From: a virus | IMG/VR virus record: IMGVR_UViG_3300046697_000072 | Reading direction: 5' to 3' (one strand) | Length of the DNA: 64,000 nucleotides | Shown: one piece after another, positions 33,508 through 43,700 of the stretch | How positions within the stretch are numbered: position 1 is the first letter of the stretch | Layout: every line of letters begins with the position of its first letter | The notes under the pieces: model-generated | What the model saw: only the letters and a program-made list of their open reading frames with translations | What the model was told of the DNA's origin: nothing | Databases searched by the model: none | Position numbers and translations under genes: made by a program

Positions 33508-36500
33508 TGTGACGCTCTCCTCTGCCTCTTGCGCTCATCGGACTTATAGGTCTGCACGACCTGCCTCCAGTTGATATTGTTTGCCGCCGCCACAGCCAGG
33601 ACATCCCGAGCCCGGTCCCCATCCCCGTCATCGAGCGCATCCCGGTACGCCTTCTCGGCCCGCATGAAGCTGGCACCCTTGCTGGTGGGTAGGCTGGCAA
33701 ACTGGGATGCGGACTGTGGGGCAGCAACGGCTCTCGGGAATAAGGCGTGTGCGGTTCCTTTCACAATATCTCGGGCGACGAATGGAAGGCCAACGGATTC
33801 CGTGAGCGCTGAAGCTCTCTGCTGGATCTGCTCTGAAGTGGAAGCCCTCGGATCAATCTCTTCAAAACCGGTCCCGGCAGTATGGCCGGTGGCTTGTACT
33901 AGCGCCCCCCGCACCGGTAGAGAGAGCTTCCCCCAGAACATCTGCATCGGGTCGGTAGCCCATCGAAATGGTTCACGAAAACCCTTACCGAACAAGATAT
34001 ACCGGTCACTGCCATCCGTGTTTTTACCTGCGTAGATGTTGAACGAGTTTTCATTTAGCCCGGTCACTGGTTGTCCTGCAACCGTGAATGGCAAACCAGG
34101 GTTGTCGTAAGTCAAGCGCGGCTGGGGTTTCCCTTTGTCGTCCCGGTTGTACCATCCTGAAAGAGCCATGTTCATAGCCTGAGTAGTCAGAAACCAAGAC
34201 GCTGCTGCACCCGCTACATAGCGGTTCGTGAGCCGCACGCCGGCTTCGGTCTCGTATCCAGAAGTCAGAATCCGGATGTTTGAAAACGTCCAGGCCGGGG
34301 CTAGGAACATCCAGTTCAATGACTGCCGGACCTTGGGGCTTAGAAGCATTTTTTCGAAGCTGACCGATCCGAAAGCATTGTTGATGTGCTCAGCGATGGC
34401 CCTCTTGGTCTCAGCTACTTTGGCCGGGCTGGCGTTCTCTCCAAGTTTGGCCAGTTCCTGAGACTTCAGCATCTCATAGCTGTCCAACATCATCCCCTGG
34501 TGGTAGAAATCCCAGAGCGCCCGGTCCCAGCCTTTCAAGACTGCCATCACCGGCTTTGCTGCGACTCCAATCGCCTTGGCGATGGCGTTATGGCTCATCG
34601 CCATGTCCTGCATCTTGGAATAGATAAAGTGCTCCGTTTCTTCGGACTTCAGATTGACCCCGTGCTCGACGGCATCTCCGACGATCTTCTCGTCCATCCG
34701 CATGACTGGGGGAGCGCCGCCATCTCTTCCGATTGCTTCCCAGACTCCTGACTTCACGCCACGGTAGAACTCCGGGTTGAACATAAAAGCTTTGGAAAGA
34801 GTTGTGATTGGGTTCTTGCGCGTGGCGTAAATGGCTTGCGCTTGTTCGCTGAGCGCCCAGTGGTGAAACATGGAAAACGTCAGGGCCGTCTTCTTGCCAA
34901 GAGCCCGAATGGTCTCAGAGGTGTTGAACGCCGGGTTGTCGAATCCCTTGCCGTAGACCGCATTCACGGCATCGTAGAAGTCCGGGTGAACGTAAACCGG
35001 TTTTCGCATGGCCCCCGGTTCCATAGGCTTATCAGTATAGGACGCTCGATAGAGAGCTACGGCATCGGTGGCGGGTTGCCAGTCAGAGAATGCCCGTTTG
35101 GTCTCGGAGCCGAACGGCACGCCGGTTGGTGTCTGCCCTTGTTCCCCGGCTTTCAGGAGCTTCCGGGCCGGTCGCATTTTCATGTACTCCGGTTCGCTGA
35201 CAATCGCACCGAGGTCCCGCAACCATCCAGCCATGCGCCGGTTAGCGATTGCTTTGCTTGCGAAGTCCGCACGGAGTTTCAGGAGATCGAAAACATCGTC
35301 GTATTTTTGCTCTAGCCCTAACGTCTCAATGCCGAACTTGTAGCTGTCGATGGTCTTCTTCTTCAGGAAAGGGTCGTTCATCAGGGTCCGCGCCGCTCGG
35401 CTCCTGGTTGCCTTATCCATCCCCTCCGTTTTCCAGGCTTGCGTCAAGTACGTCTCAGCCTCCTGTAACGGGAGGTCGTTTCCGTATGCTTCATGGAGCA
35501 GCGCATCCTGCTGCTTCACCCATTCGCGGATGATTGGCAGGGTCGCCTTTGCTTCTGGCGAGAGACCGACTTCTTCCGGGGTGGCGTCACCCTGGAGCAC
35601 GTACCCCATCTTGGTGATCTTTCGATCCTCAACCGGGACGGTCTTCTTCCAGTCATACAGCATGTGATTGATTTCGTAATTGCGTTTTGCCAAAAACGCT
35701 GCCCGGTCGAAGACGACATCGGCGGATACTTGCATCAGACGGGGCTTCGGGATGTTAATGATCTTCGCCGGTTCCCGCAACCACGCATTGGCGTAGATCT
35801 TCTCCGAAAACTTTTGGGACCGCGTAGGGTCTTGAACGGCCTTGGCCTCTTCGAGAGCTTTGGTCTTAGCTGGCTGGAGTACGTCCCCCATGGATTTCAG
35901 GAACCGCATGGGCTCGCTGGCCGATCTCAGCATCTGCTTCTCAGGAGAAGTTAAGACGCGCTTCTCTTCCCGCGCCCGCTTGAGGGTCTTTTCCCGCAAG
36001 GTCTTGTACTTGTTCTCGGCATTGCGCCGCGCATCTTCTACTTCGCTGAGCGGTTTCTTGGCCCATGACGCGATCTCGGAAGCTGGGACTTTCTTGTACT
36101 TCTCGGCAATGGTCATCAGGGAATTGATGCTCGGAGGCGTAGTCTGGATATCCGACCGCAATGCTTCCCGTTGTTCCAAGGGTTCGGCCCGGAACTTCAT
36201 AGTTCTAGACAGTAACGTCTTTGAGCCGCCCTTCACCATGCCAACAGAGAATGCGATCCCCTTGATCGCAGAAGCCCATGACTCAGGTGTCCCATCGGAC
36301 ATCGCCTTCCTGATCTCCGGGATCGACTGCATCATTCCTATGCCGCCAAGACCGACATCCACGATGGCCGCGAATGGGAGTGTGGCCGGGAACATGTGCG
36401 CGGCGGTCAGTGCCGCGCCTAACGGCGACTGGATGAAGTCTAGGATCTCCGGGCCACCCTTGGCGATCTCAGTGGTGAACCTCCCCATCCAGCTACTGCC

Positions 36501-36794
36501 ACGTTCTTTCTGCATGGAGTCCGGCAGCAGGCGCTTGACGGCAGACTCATACGCCGAGGTCGCGGTCCCCCCCATGAGAGTTTCGCTGAGTGGTCGAGAC
36601 AGGACCGATCCTTTGAGTTCTTTCTCGGGTCCTGAAGTGCCAGGGGCGGTCGGAGCCGGAGCGAACCACTGGAACCCTGCGCTAGATGCCTGTTTAGGGG
36701 GCTGGGGCGGAGGTTGTGGCGGCTCTACCTTGGGAGTGGCTGCACCTGGAGCGAACCACTGAAACCCTTGCGCTGGTGCTTTCTCCTGGGCCAT
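33504..36794 (-). CDS. Large virion-internal/ejection-type protein (1096 aa)
   Basis: Track ORF with ATGA overlap to the downstream gene. Duplicated GFQWFAP motif at the N-terminus. Hydrophobic Gly-rich segment. Confidence 0.75.
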   Translation of the reverse strand: MAQEKAPAQGFQWFAPGAATPKVEPPQPPPQPPKQASSAGFQWFAPAPTAPGTSGPEKELKGSVLSRPLSETLMGGTATSAYESAVKRLLPDSMQKERGSSWMGRFTTEIAKGGPEILDFIQSPLGAALTAAHMFPATLPFAAIVDVGLGGIGMMQSIPEIRKAMSDGTPESWASAIKGIAFSVGMVKGGSKTLLSRTMKFRAEPLEQREALRSDIQTTPPSINSLMTIAEKYKKVPASEIASWAKKPLSEVEDARRNAENKYKTLREKTLKRAREEKRVLTSPEKQMLRSASEPMRFLKSMGDVLQPAKTKALEEAKAVQDPTRSQKFSEKIYANAWLREPAKIINIPKPRLMQVSADVVFDRAAFLAKRNYEINHMLYDWKKTVPVEDRKITKMGYVLQGDATPEEVGLSPEAKATLPIIREWVKQQDALLHEAYGNDLPLQEAETYLTQAWKTEGMDKATRSRAARTLMNDPFLKKKTIDSYKFGIETLGLEQKYDDVFDLLKLRADFASKAIANRRMAGWLRDLGAIVSEPEYMKMRPARKLLKAGEQGQTPTGVPFGSETKRAFSDWQPATDAVALYRASYTDKPMEPGAMRKPVYVHPDFYDAVNAVYGKGFDNPAFNTSETIRALGKKTALTFSMFHHWALSEQAQAIYATRKNPITTLSKAFMFNPEFYRGVKSGVWEAIGRDGGAPPVMRMDEKIVGDAVEHGVNLKSEETEHFIYSKMQDMAMSHNAIAKAIGVAAKPVMAVLKGWDRALWDFYHQGMMLDSYEMLKSQELAKLGENASPAKVAETKRAIAEHINNAFGSVSFEKMLLSPKVRQSLNWMFLAPAWTFSNIRILTSGYETEAGVRLTNRYVAGAAASWFLTTQAMNMALSGWYNRDDKGKPQPRLTYDNPGLPFTVAGQPVTGLNENSFNIYAGKNTDGSDRYILFGKGFREPFRWATDPMQMFWGKLSLPVRGALVQATGHTAGTGFEEIDPRASTSEQIQQRASALTESVGLPFVARDIVKGTAHALFPRAVAAPQSASQFASLPTSKGASFMRAEKAYRDALDDGDGDRARDVLAVAAANNINWRQVVQTYKSDERKRQRRASQ

Positions 36795-36800
36795 GGATCA

Positions 36801-38504
36801 TCAATCGGGCAGCACTGCTTGCGCTCCCAGTGCAACGTTGGACTTTGGTGGTTTCTTCGGGGTAGTTGGTGTCTCTTCTCCGCCCGGTTTCGGAGGAGGA
36901 GCGCCCTGTCCGTACATCCCCCCGAGCGATTCCACCATGTCATCGTGGTCTTTCTCTAAGTCCTGTAGCTCCGCAGCCTGTAATCCCTGGTACTCTTTCT
37001 TCTTGGCCTCTTTCTCCTTAGGCTTCAGCAGCGGAAGGTCTTTGTCGATGGACGCTATTTTCTGAACCCAGGTCCGCTTGATCCGGTTCTTCTCCGTGGT
37101 GTACTGGGCCTCAGCCCGCACTTGAGCATTACGCGCCTCTTTCTGATCCCGGATCTGTTCGGTGATATTGAAGTGTTGTAGCCATCGGTCGGGAGCTTGC
37201 CTGACGGTTCCAGGGCCTGTGTAGAATTCCCCGCTAGCCTTCTGGAATACCTGTTGCCCCTGTGCGTTCACATACGCCTTGCGGTCCTGGTAGCCCCGGT
37301 AAAATCCAGACCCTTCCTGCCAGTTCTGCATATCCGGGGGGAGGGGAATTCCATCTGAGTCGTACATTTTCCCGGTAGCTACGTCAAGCCGTACCGACCT
37401 AGAATCCGTAGGATCGTTAGGGTTCACAATGTTTCTCATCTGAACCCCTTGGTACGGGATCAGCTTGCCGATGTCTACCGAAACCTCCCGGTTGTTCTGA
37501 TCGAAGAATGCAGCTCGGTCGGGGAGGTCGATGATGTTCCCTCGTATCCGGTTTCCGCCAATCTCCCAATCTTCTCCGGGACGGACTCGCTTCATCCTTT
37601 CAGCGGCTTGCCTTTGGTTGCCAGTCAGTGTTACCCCGGTGAACCCGATGCCTTGGGGCTTGGCCCCTGGTTGCGCCGTGGCGGGAGGCCCCGGTGGAGG
37701 AGTGCCGCCTCCTGCGGCTGGCTTGCCAACCCCCGCCAGCGTCTGCATTTCCGCCGCTGTAGATGGTGCAGTGGGGTATGCCTGTGCTGCCATCTGCGAA
37801 AACGATTGTGCCCCCTGCGGGTCCACCCGAGCCCACTCGTTGAACTTCGCCCTCAATTCTGGATCGGCGTTGACCGTCTCCGGGGGAGTCCCTGGGGGAT
37901 ACTTTTTCAGGATGTTGTTGACCTGGGATGCGTATTGCCCACTGACCGCTTGCACGCTGTACTTGTTTTGATTGCCGTGGTACTCTGCTTCCATCTGCCC
38001 GATGAGTTCATGCGGGTTCACGTCGGGAGCGCCCTTAGGCATTTCCCCGCCAACCAGCCCGGTGGCAACATGTTTCAGGATTCCTGCTACCATTCCCTCC
38101 GGTCCCTGCTGCTGCTGGTCCCCAGCCCCTTTGCCCTTCTTTCCTTTACCGCCTTTCTGCCCGTCGAAGGACTTCAGCGTTTCCGACCCCAGGGCGCTGA
38201 AGTACTTCTGCCGAACAAGCGCCTTGTACTCATCGGTCTTGGTTGGGTCGCTCTCCACGCTCTGCACGTACTGCCCCAGGATGGCGATATTCTTCAGCCG
38301 CTCGTTCTGCTCCATGGAGAACTTGCGAATCCGGCCCTGCGCGGCCCCGCCGACAAACTCCGTGAAGATTTTGGCGATGGCCCCGGCTTTGCTGCCACCA
38401 CCAACTTGAGACGGAGGAGTGGACGGCTGAGGCACCACGCTCTGCTGCGGGTAGGGACCGACCAAGGCGTTGGGGTCAACGGGCTGAAACTGGGTTTGTG
38501 GCAT
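36801..38504 (-). CDS. Virion-internal-type protein (567 aa)
   Basis: Track ORF. Low-complexity G/K/Q/P stretches. Same operon. Confidence 0.7.
   Translation of the reverse strand: MPQTQFQPVDPNALVGPYPQQSVVPQPSTPPSQVGGGSKAGAIAKIFTEFVGGAAQGRIRKFSMEQNERLKNIAILGQYVQSVESDPTKTDEYKALVRQKYFSALGSETLKSFDGQKGGKGKKGKGAGDQQQQGPEGMVAGILKHVATGLVGGEMPKGAPDVNPHELIGQMEAEYHGNQNKYSVQAVSGQYASQVNNILKKYPPGTPPETVNADPELRAKFNEWARVDPQGAQSFSQMAAQAYPTAPSTAAEMQTLAGVGKPAAGGGTPPPGPPATAQPGAKPQGIGFTGVTLTGNQRQAAERMKRVRPGEDWEIGGNRIRGNIIDLPDRAAFFDQNNREVSVDIGKLIPYQGVQMRNIVNPNDPTDSRSVRLDVATGKMYDSDGIPLPPDMQNWQEGSGFYRGYQDRKAYVNAQGQQVFQKASGEFYTGPGTVRQAPDRWLQHFNITEQIRDQKEARNAQVRAEAQYTTEKNRIKRTWVQKIASIDKDLPLLKPKEKEAKKKEYQGLQAAELQDLEKDHDDMVESLGGMYGQGAPPPKPGGEETPTTPKKPPKSNVALGAQAVLPD
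36830..36843. repeat. GTSCAACGTTGSAC dyad motif copy
   Basis: GTGCAACGTTGGAC in the last codons of the 567-aa gene (KSNVAL), 35 nt upstream of ATG 36794. Confidence 0.9.
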
Positions 38505-38508
38505 AGGT

Positions 38509-39183
38509 TTACACCGATATGGGCTTAGAAGTGTTTTTCGTCAAAGCCGACGCCATCAGCCCTCCGGTCACCGCGCTCCCCGCTACCCCCGCCAGTGACG
38601 AGATGAAGTTGAGCGCTTCGGCTTGCTGCGCTTGCTCTTGGTTGTAGACGGTGCCGAACACATTCGCCGCGTTCGCGGTCGCACCCGTGCCCCCGCTGAG
38701 ATATCCCAGCGCGGCCTGCTCCTGCTGGCCAGCCAGATTCGCCAGGACACTCGGGGCCTGCTGAACTGCTGACGCCTCCCCTCCGCCAATTGCGGTGGCC
38801 TTCTGGGTCTCCAGTTGCGCCAGCGCTTGATCGCGGGCGGCTCCCGGTGGGACGTTGTTCATGATCTGGGCTTTCGCCGCTGCATACCCACTGGAGACTT
38901 GAGCGCCGCCTCCGGTCCCCATGAACGCAGAGAGCGCAGCCTTGGGGTCACCTCCGGCAAGGGCGGTCTCCTGCTTAATGAGCGGGGCCTGAAGCTTGCC
39001 TACTTGGTCCTGAAGTGCCGTGGACGTATCCAGCGCATTTGTGCCTGCTCCTGTGAGCGTGTTGGCGGCTCCGGATTCCCCGGCTGACGCCGACTTCATT
39101 TCCCCCGATGGTCCGATGCACTGGATTACTGGGCAGGCCCGCAACTCCAGTTTTGCCCACGCTTTCAGAATGTCATTGAACAT
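38509..39183 (-). CDS. Ala/Gly/Gln-rich virion protein (224 aa)
   Basis: ATG 39183 (MFNDILKAW...) within track ORF 38509..39306. Overlaps the GNAT stop by 11 nt. Confidence 0.6.
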   Translation of the reverse strand: MFNDILKAWAKLELRACPVIQCIGPSGEMKSASAGESGAANTLTGAGTNALDTSTALQDQVGKLQAPLIKQETALAGGDPKAALSAFMGTGGGAQVSSGYAAAKAQIMNNVPPGAARDQALAQLETQKATAIGGGEASAVQQAPSVLANLAGQQEQAALGYLSGGTGATANAANVFGTVYNQEQAQQAEALNFISSLAGVAGSAVTGGLMASALTKNTSKPISV

Positions 39184-39721
39184 ACGACTCCTTCGCCAGA
39201 TGTAGCAGCATTCCGTCGCACCGGGCTCCACGCCACTGTGACCAGATCGGCAGCGGCCCGACTTCGGTAAACCCGATATCCCGCGCCAACTTCCGGCCAA
39301 AGACATTCGGCACCGGGATGCTCCCGTAGAGTGCGTCGAGATTCAACTCTTCGAAGCAGTACTGTACCATAAGCCGGGTAAGGGCCAGCGGGATGCCCCG
39401 GCCCCAGTACTCCCGGAAGTATCCAAACCCGACTTCACCGCGCCCGTTCTGAAGATTCGACGCCCAGCCCATCCCGGCGAATCCGGTCGAGTCCAACGTT
39501 GGACTGGGGTAGACGAACCCACCCAGGAACTTGACGGATTTCTGGTCGTGCAAGTTCAGGAAAGCCTTAATGGTCGGGACTCCCTGCGAGAAAATCACTG
39601 GCAGTAATCTCTCATCGTGAAACCGGATGTATGCCCTGGCGATCTGATTGTCATCGAGAGCTGGGGAGATGCTGAAGCTCTGCCGGACTGCGGTGCTCTC
39701 TAAAACTTTCGTGCCCATCAT
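39173..39721 (-). CDS. GNAT-family N-acetyltransferase
   Basis: ...GFGYFREYWGRGIPLALTRLMVQYCFEELNLDALYG... shows the R/Q-x-x-G-x-G/A acetyl-CoA motif region. 182 aa. Confidence 0.7.
   Translation of the reverse strand: MMGTKVLESTAVRQSFSISPALDDNQIARAYIRFHDERLLPVIFSQGVPTIKAFLNLHDQKSVKFLGGFVYPSPTLDSTGFAGMGWASNLQNGRGEVGFGYFREYWGRGIPLALTRLMVQYCFEELNLDALYGSIPVPNVFGRKLARDIGFTEVGPLPIWSQWRGARCDGMLLHLAKESYVQ
39491..39504. repeat. GTSCAACGTTGSAC dyad motif copy (perfect palindrome)
   Basis: GTCCAACGTTGGAC inside the GNAT gene (PTLD). Confidence 0.9.
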
Positions 39722-39777
39722 TCTCCACGCTACTCCTAAACCTTCTTCAATTCAAGACTTACAGGCAATTCCAGTCT

Positions 39778-40116
39778 TTAAGTCGGTGCCGTATACGCTG
39801 TGATTCGTCCATGCCTGTCCACCGTTAAGGAGCCGAGCGCTCCGCCCGTGGTGAGCTTTGCCAGCTTGACGGTCCAGCCGGGTACAGTAAGCGACGGATC
39901 GGCCCCTACCTGATCCGAAGTTGGGATCGTGCCTGCGGCCTTCGTTGCCGCCGCCGCAGCCGCAGCAGCGTTGTTCGCCGCATTCGCCGCTGCCTGAGTC
40001 TGCTGGTCCATCAGGTCCAGCCGATGGTTTAGCCGGTAAAGCTGCGGGTCTTTCAAGTCGTTGGCGTTGATCTGAATACCTGAAGTGCCGCCAGGGGTCG
40101 TATTGGTTGTGCCCAT
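39778..40116 (-). CDS. Small fibre-like protein (112 aa)
   Basis: GGAGG SD 7 nt before ATG 40116 (track ORF 39778..40122). Poly-Ala/Asn coiled segment. Confidence 0.6.
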   Translation of the reverse strand: MGTTNTTPGGTSGIQINANDLKDPQLYRLNHRLDLMDQQTQAAANAANNAAAAAAAATKAAGTIPTSDQVGADPSLTVPGWTVKLAKLTTGGALGSLTVDRHGRITAYTAPT

Positions 40117-40129
40117 CAGCACACCTCCG

Positions 40130-40138
40130 TGCTATAAT
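40130..40138 (+). promoter_or_regulatory. Extended -10 promoter for the opposite-strand HNH gene
   Basis: TGcTATAAT (40130-40138). No good -35 box. GAAAGGAG SD and ATG 40206 lie downstream. Confidence 0.5.
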
Positions 40139-40205
40139 GCAAGTTGGGCCACGAGTGGTTGTAGCCACGCGCGGCCCTGACCAAGAGATCTTGAAAGGAG
40201 ATCAG

Positions 40206-40739
40206 ATGGCTACTAACCAGTGTAAACCTCTTCCGCCGCTCACGCCAGCCGACATCGCTCGATTTTGGTCCCGCGTTGATAAACGTGGGCCGGATGAGTG
40301 CTGGCCATGGATGAGAGGCCGAGACAAACATGGCTATGGAGTTATTAGCATTGCGAACCGCAACCTTTACGCTGCTCGGGTGGCGTACTCCCTGACAACC
40401 GGGGATGATCCTTACCCACTCGGCGTACTCCATATTTGCGACAACCCTCCCTGCTGTAACGGGAAGCATTTGTTTAAGGGAACGGATGCCGACAATATGG
40501 CAGATAAGATGAAGAAGGGGCGACACCGTGGCGGAGGCGGTCTTAAACATTGCCCTGAGCGAGCTTGCCGTGGAGAGTCTATTCAGTGGGCTAGGCTCAC
40601 CAACCACACAGTTATAGAGATCAGGCATCGATACGAGATCCTTGGACAACACAATTTTCATGAACTTTCCAGAGTGTTTGGAGTCTCTCCAACGACAATC
40701 TCGAACGTTGTTTACCGTAAAACTTGGGCTCATATCTAA
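40206..40739 (+). mobile_element. Free-standing HNH homing-endonuclease-like gene on the opposite strand to the virion operon
   Basis: MATNQCKPL...WPWMRGRDKHGYGVI...HICDNPPCCNGKHLFKGTDADNMAD (HNH_3-type) plus a C-terminal HTH-like tail. Track ORF 40107..40739. Confidence 0.75.
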
Positions 40740-43700
40740 ATCATCATCTGCATGAAAGAAGACAGGGTGGTTTTGGTATACCCTGCATGTCGGTCAGAGC
40801 CAAGCGGCAACCATTCAATCCCAGAGGGATCTCCGTACAAAGAGAAGGTCGTCTCCCCGTCGCTCGATGCTATCGAAATGTCGTAAAGGACGGACTTGTT
40901 CAACCCGGAGCCGAACACGCTCGGGAAAAGATACCGCTCAACTGAGCGAGTAGGATGCGCCGGAAAGGGGACCACCAATGTCCCCGTGCTCGATACGAAC
41001 GTCACGTTGATTGGGACCGCCGACACGTATTCGATCCACAATTGCTTCAGTAACTTGAACGCCGAATACCCAAAACTCTGCTGGTATGAGGTCCACTGGG
41101 TCACTGCGGGAGGCTCTTTCACGATATCCAGGGTCCAATCCCACAGTTGCGCCCGGCCTCCGGTTCCCGGAGTGAACAGCAACCTCCACATAAGCCCTGA
41201 CAGTTCCGGGTTGCAAGCAAGGACTATTCGCCGATTCGTATAAGTCGTGTTCACCAGAAACGTCTGTTGGGTAACTCCGTCGCTTGTTTGAAGTGCCACT
41301 GAGCACGTCACCCCTCCAGTGTTTATGGTTGCGATAAAGTTTCTGGCCAACTTCGGATAGGGGTAGCCGAAATCCTGCCATGGGGTATAAAGTATGACTT
41401 CCGGGGGATCTATAGGCCCGGCTTGATCGAAAGCGTGCCAACGCTCAAACCCCCAATTGAACAATTGAAAGCGCCCGCCAGCCCCTTCGGTAGCAAGGAT
41501 GCGCCACATCTTCGCGTGAGTATCAGCCGGGATTGCGTAGTTGAACTTTCGATTGGTGGGCGTGCCAGTATGTGTTACGGTTAGAACCGTCCCATTTTCA
41601 TTTTGCAGATATACTGTGGAGGGAACGCCAGCCGTATCAGCGTCGAGCCAGAGCCATGAAGGTTCCTTGTCGTTTGGGTCTGAAGCGTCTCGCCAGTCCG
41701 TGGTGTGGATTATGTCTGGTGGGTAATCGACCTTCTGGAAAGTATACTTCCACTGCTTGTAACCAGCCGGGATCGTAACCCCTGTAGGATAGATGCGAAT
41801 CATCTTGGCGACGGTATCGGCGGCAATCGGAAATTCAGTTTTGCCGCGCCCTGTACCGAGCACAAATTGTGCAACGTTGGAGTTCAACGTCACGCCTCCG
41901 ATGCCAGTGAGGGTATCCATCTGAAGCGTGATCGGGCCGCCCAATGTCGTATCGTATTCGAAGACTACCGACAACAGCAGTTTGTCGTAGGGGTGCTCCA
42001 ACTCGTCCCAGTCGAATGTGTGCTGCACTTCTCCTTTGTCTGCCTGCTGGAACTTCAGGGAGTGGTTAAAAAGCTGCCACGTCCCTTCCCTGGTGGCGAG
42101 AGCGGGTTGAGTTAAGTCAACGAAAAGCCTCCAGCGGTAACCCGTCAGTCCGGTCGGGACTGTGATGTTCCTTTGCCGGTCGGCTTCAGTTGAGATCACG
42201 GTAAACTTGAACTTGGTAACATTGTCGGCTTGGAGCCAGCACTCAACAGCTACCCCGTTCGTGTTCACTTCCAAGACCACTTGGTTGGCATACTTGAGGT
42301 ACGACAGCCCGCCGTCCTCCCAGGGGGTGAATCCCGTAACATCCTCAGGGTACGTCTCTTTCTGAAAGTCAACAGAATGGATCTTGAAGAATGCGACTGA
42401 GGATTGGCCAACCGCCCCTACTGTGGCAACAGGCCGCACGCGCACCAGCTTGGCGATAATCCCATCCGTCACAGGGAAAGACTTCTTGGCTCGCCCTGCT
42501 CCCAGAATCGTGGGATTCGAAAGGACAAACGTCTGCACGGCTTCGTTGTAGGTATCCCCGTCCTTCCCTGATATCGTATCCAGAACTATCGTGCGGTCAG
42601 TTCCTTCCGTGTCGAACGTAACCGTCATCTGGTGGAGCTTTTTGTCGAAGGGATGATCCAGGTCCATCCAGTCTGTCGTCCCCCCAGCCGTCAGAAGCCC
42701 CGTCTCCTGGTACTGGAACATCAGGCTATAGAAGGTCGCTTGAGCCGGGTATGCGGTGCCGTAAATATGAAAAGAGATCGCCCGCGCTTCCCGGCCAAAC
42801 GACTGAAGGCCCGCAGCCTTTGACACTACATTGGCAAGCAAGGCCACCGGCTGTCGCCCGGTCAGGCTTGTTCCAGAAGGGATGGTGACTGCCACCGAGT
42901 CTACTGCCGTGTCTGAGTAATCGAGCAGGATCTCCACCGTCATCGAAGAGGCCGGGGAACCTGTGAACAATTGCGGATCTACATCCAGCCAAATCTCCTC
43001 AAATAGTTTTTTGGCGTTCGGAAGACCGAGATCAAACCATGGGAGCCAAATATCGTATGGGACTGCCGATCCCCCGGAAAACGGATCGACCCATCCATCT
43101 GCGGTCTGGTCTGTCCCAGCCGCGATATTCACCGCATCTGCGATAACGAACGTGGCCCCGAGAGAGGGGCTGTCCAGCGCCAGAATTAGAGACTGAGTAT
43201 CCGGCTCGGTGTAGATTGTTGAGATTTCGGAAAATGGCGAATAGGTCTCCGGGTACAGGCTCCATCGATCCCCATAAAGGGGTTCGCACATCAATTCCTG
43301 CATGACGTTATTGATGTCTCTGTAGAGCAGGCGGATCACTCCACGCCGGTATTCCATGCGGGCGTAGAGGAGCGCGTTGGGCTGCATACTGATCGGCGGA
43401 ATCCCGTTGACTTCCATACTGTGGAAGATCGGGTCGATGGCCTCAGTCCGTTTCTGGAGCGATCCACCATCCCAGGACCAGATGCCATCCGTGGACAGGA
43501 ACCAGACTTCAGTTTCCGTCTTACACCATGCCGGCTGCGCGACGAGCCCCTTCTCCGCTATCTTTACCGGAGTCAGCAAAGAGCCTGAGATGAGCGGCAC
43601 TTCAAATAGGCTGCTGACATTCATGGAAAGGATCTGGCCCCGGTACTCACAAAAGTTCACGATCCCGTTGGCTGGGGTTCCGACCCCAATGTTAGTCACG

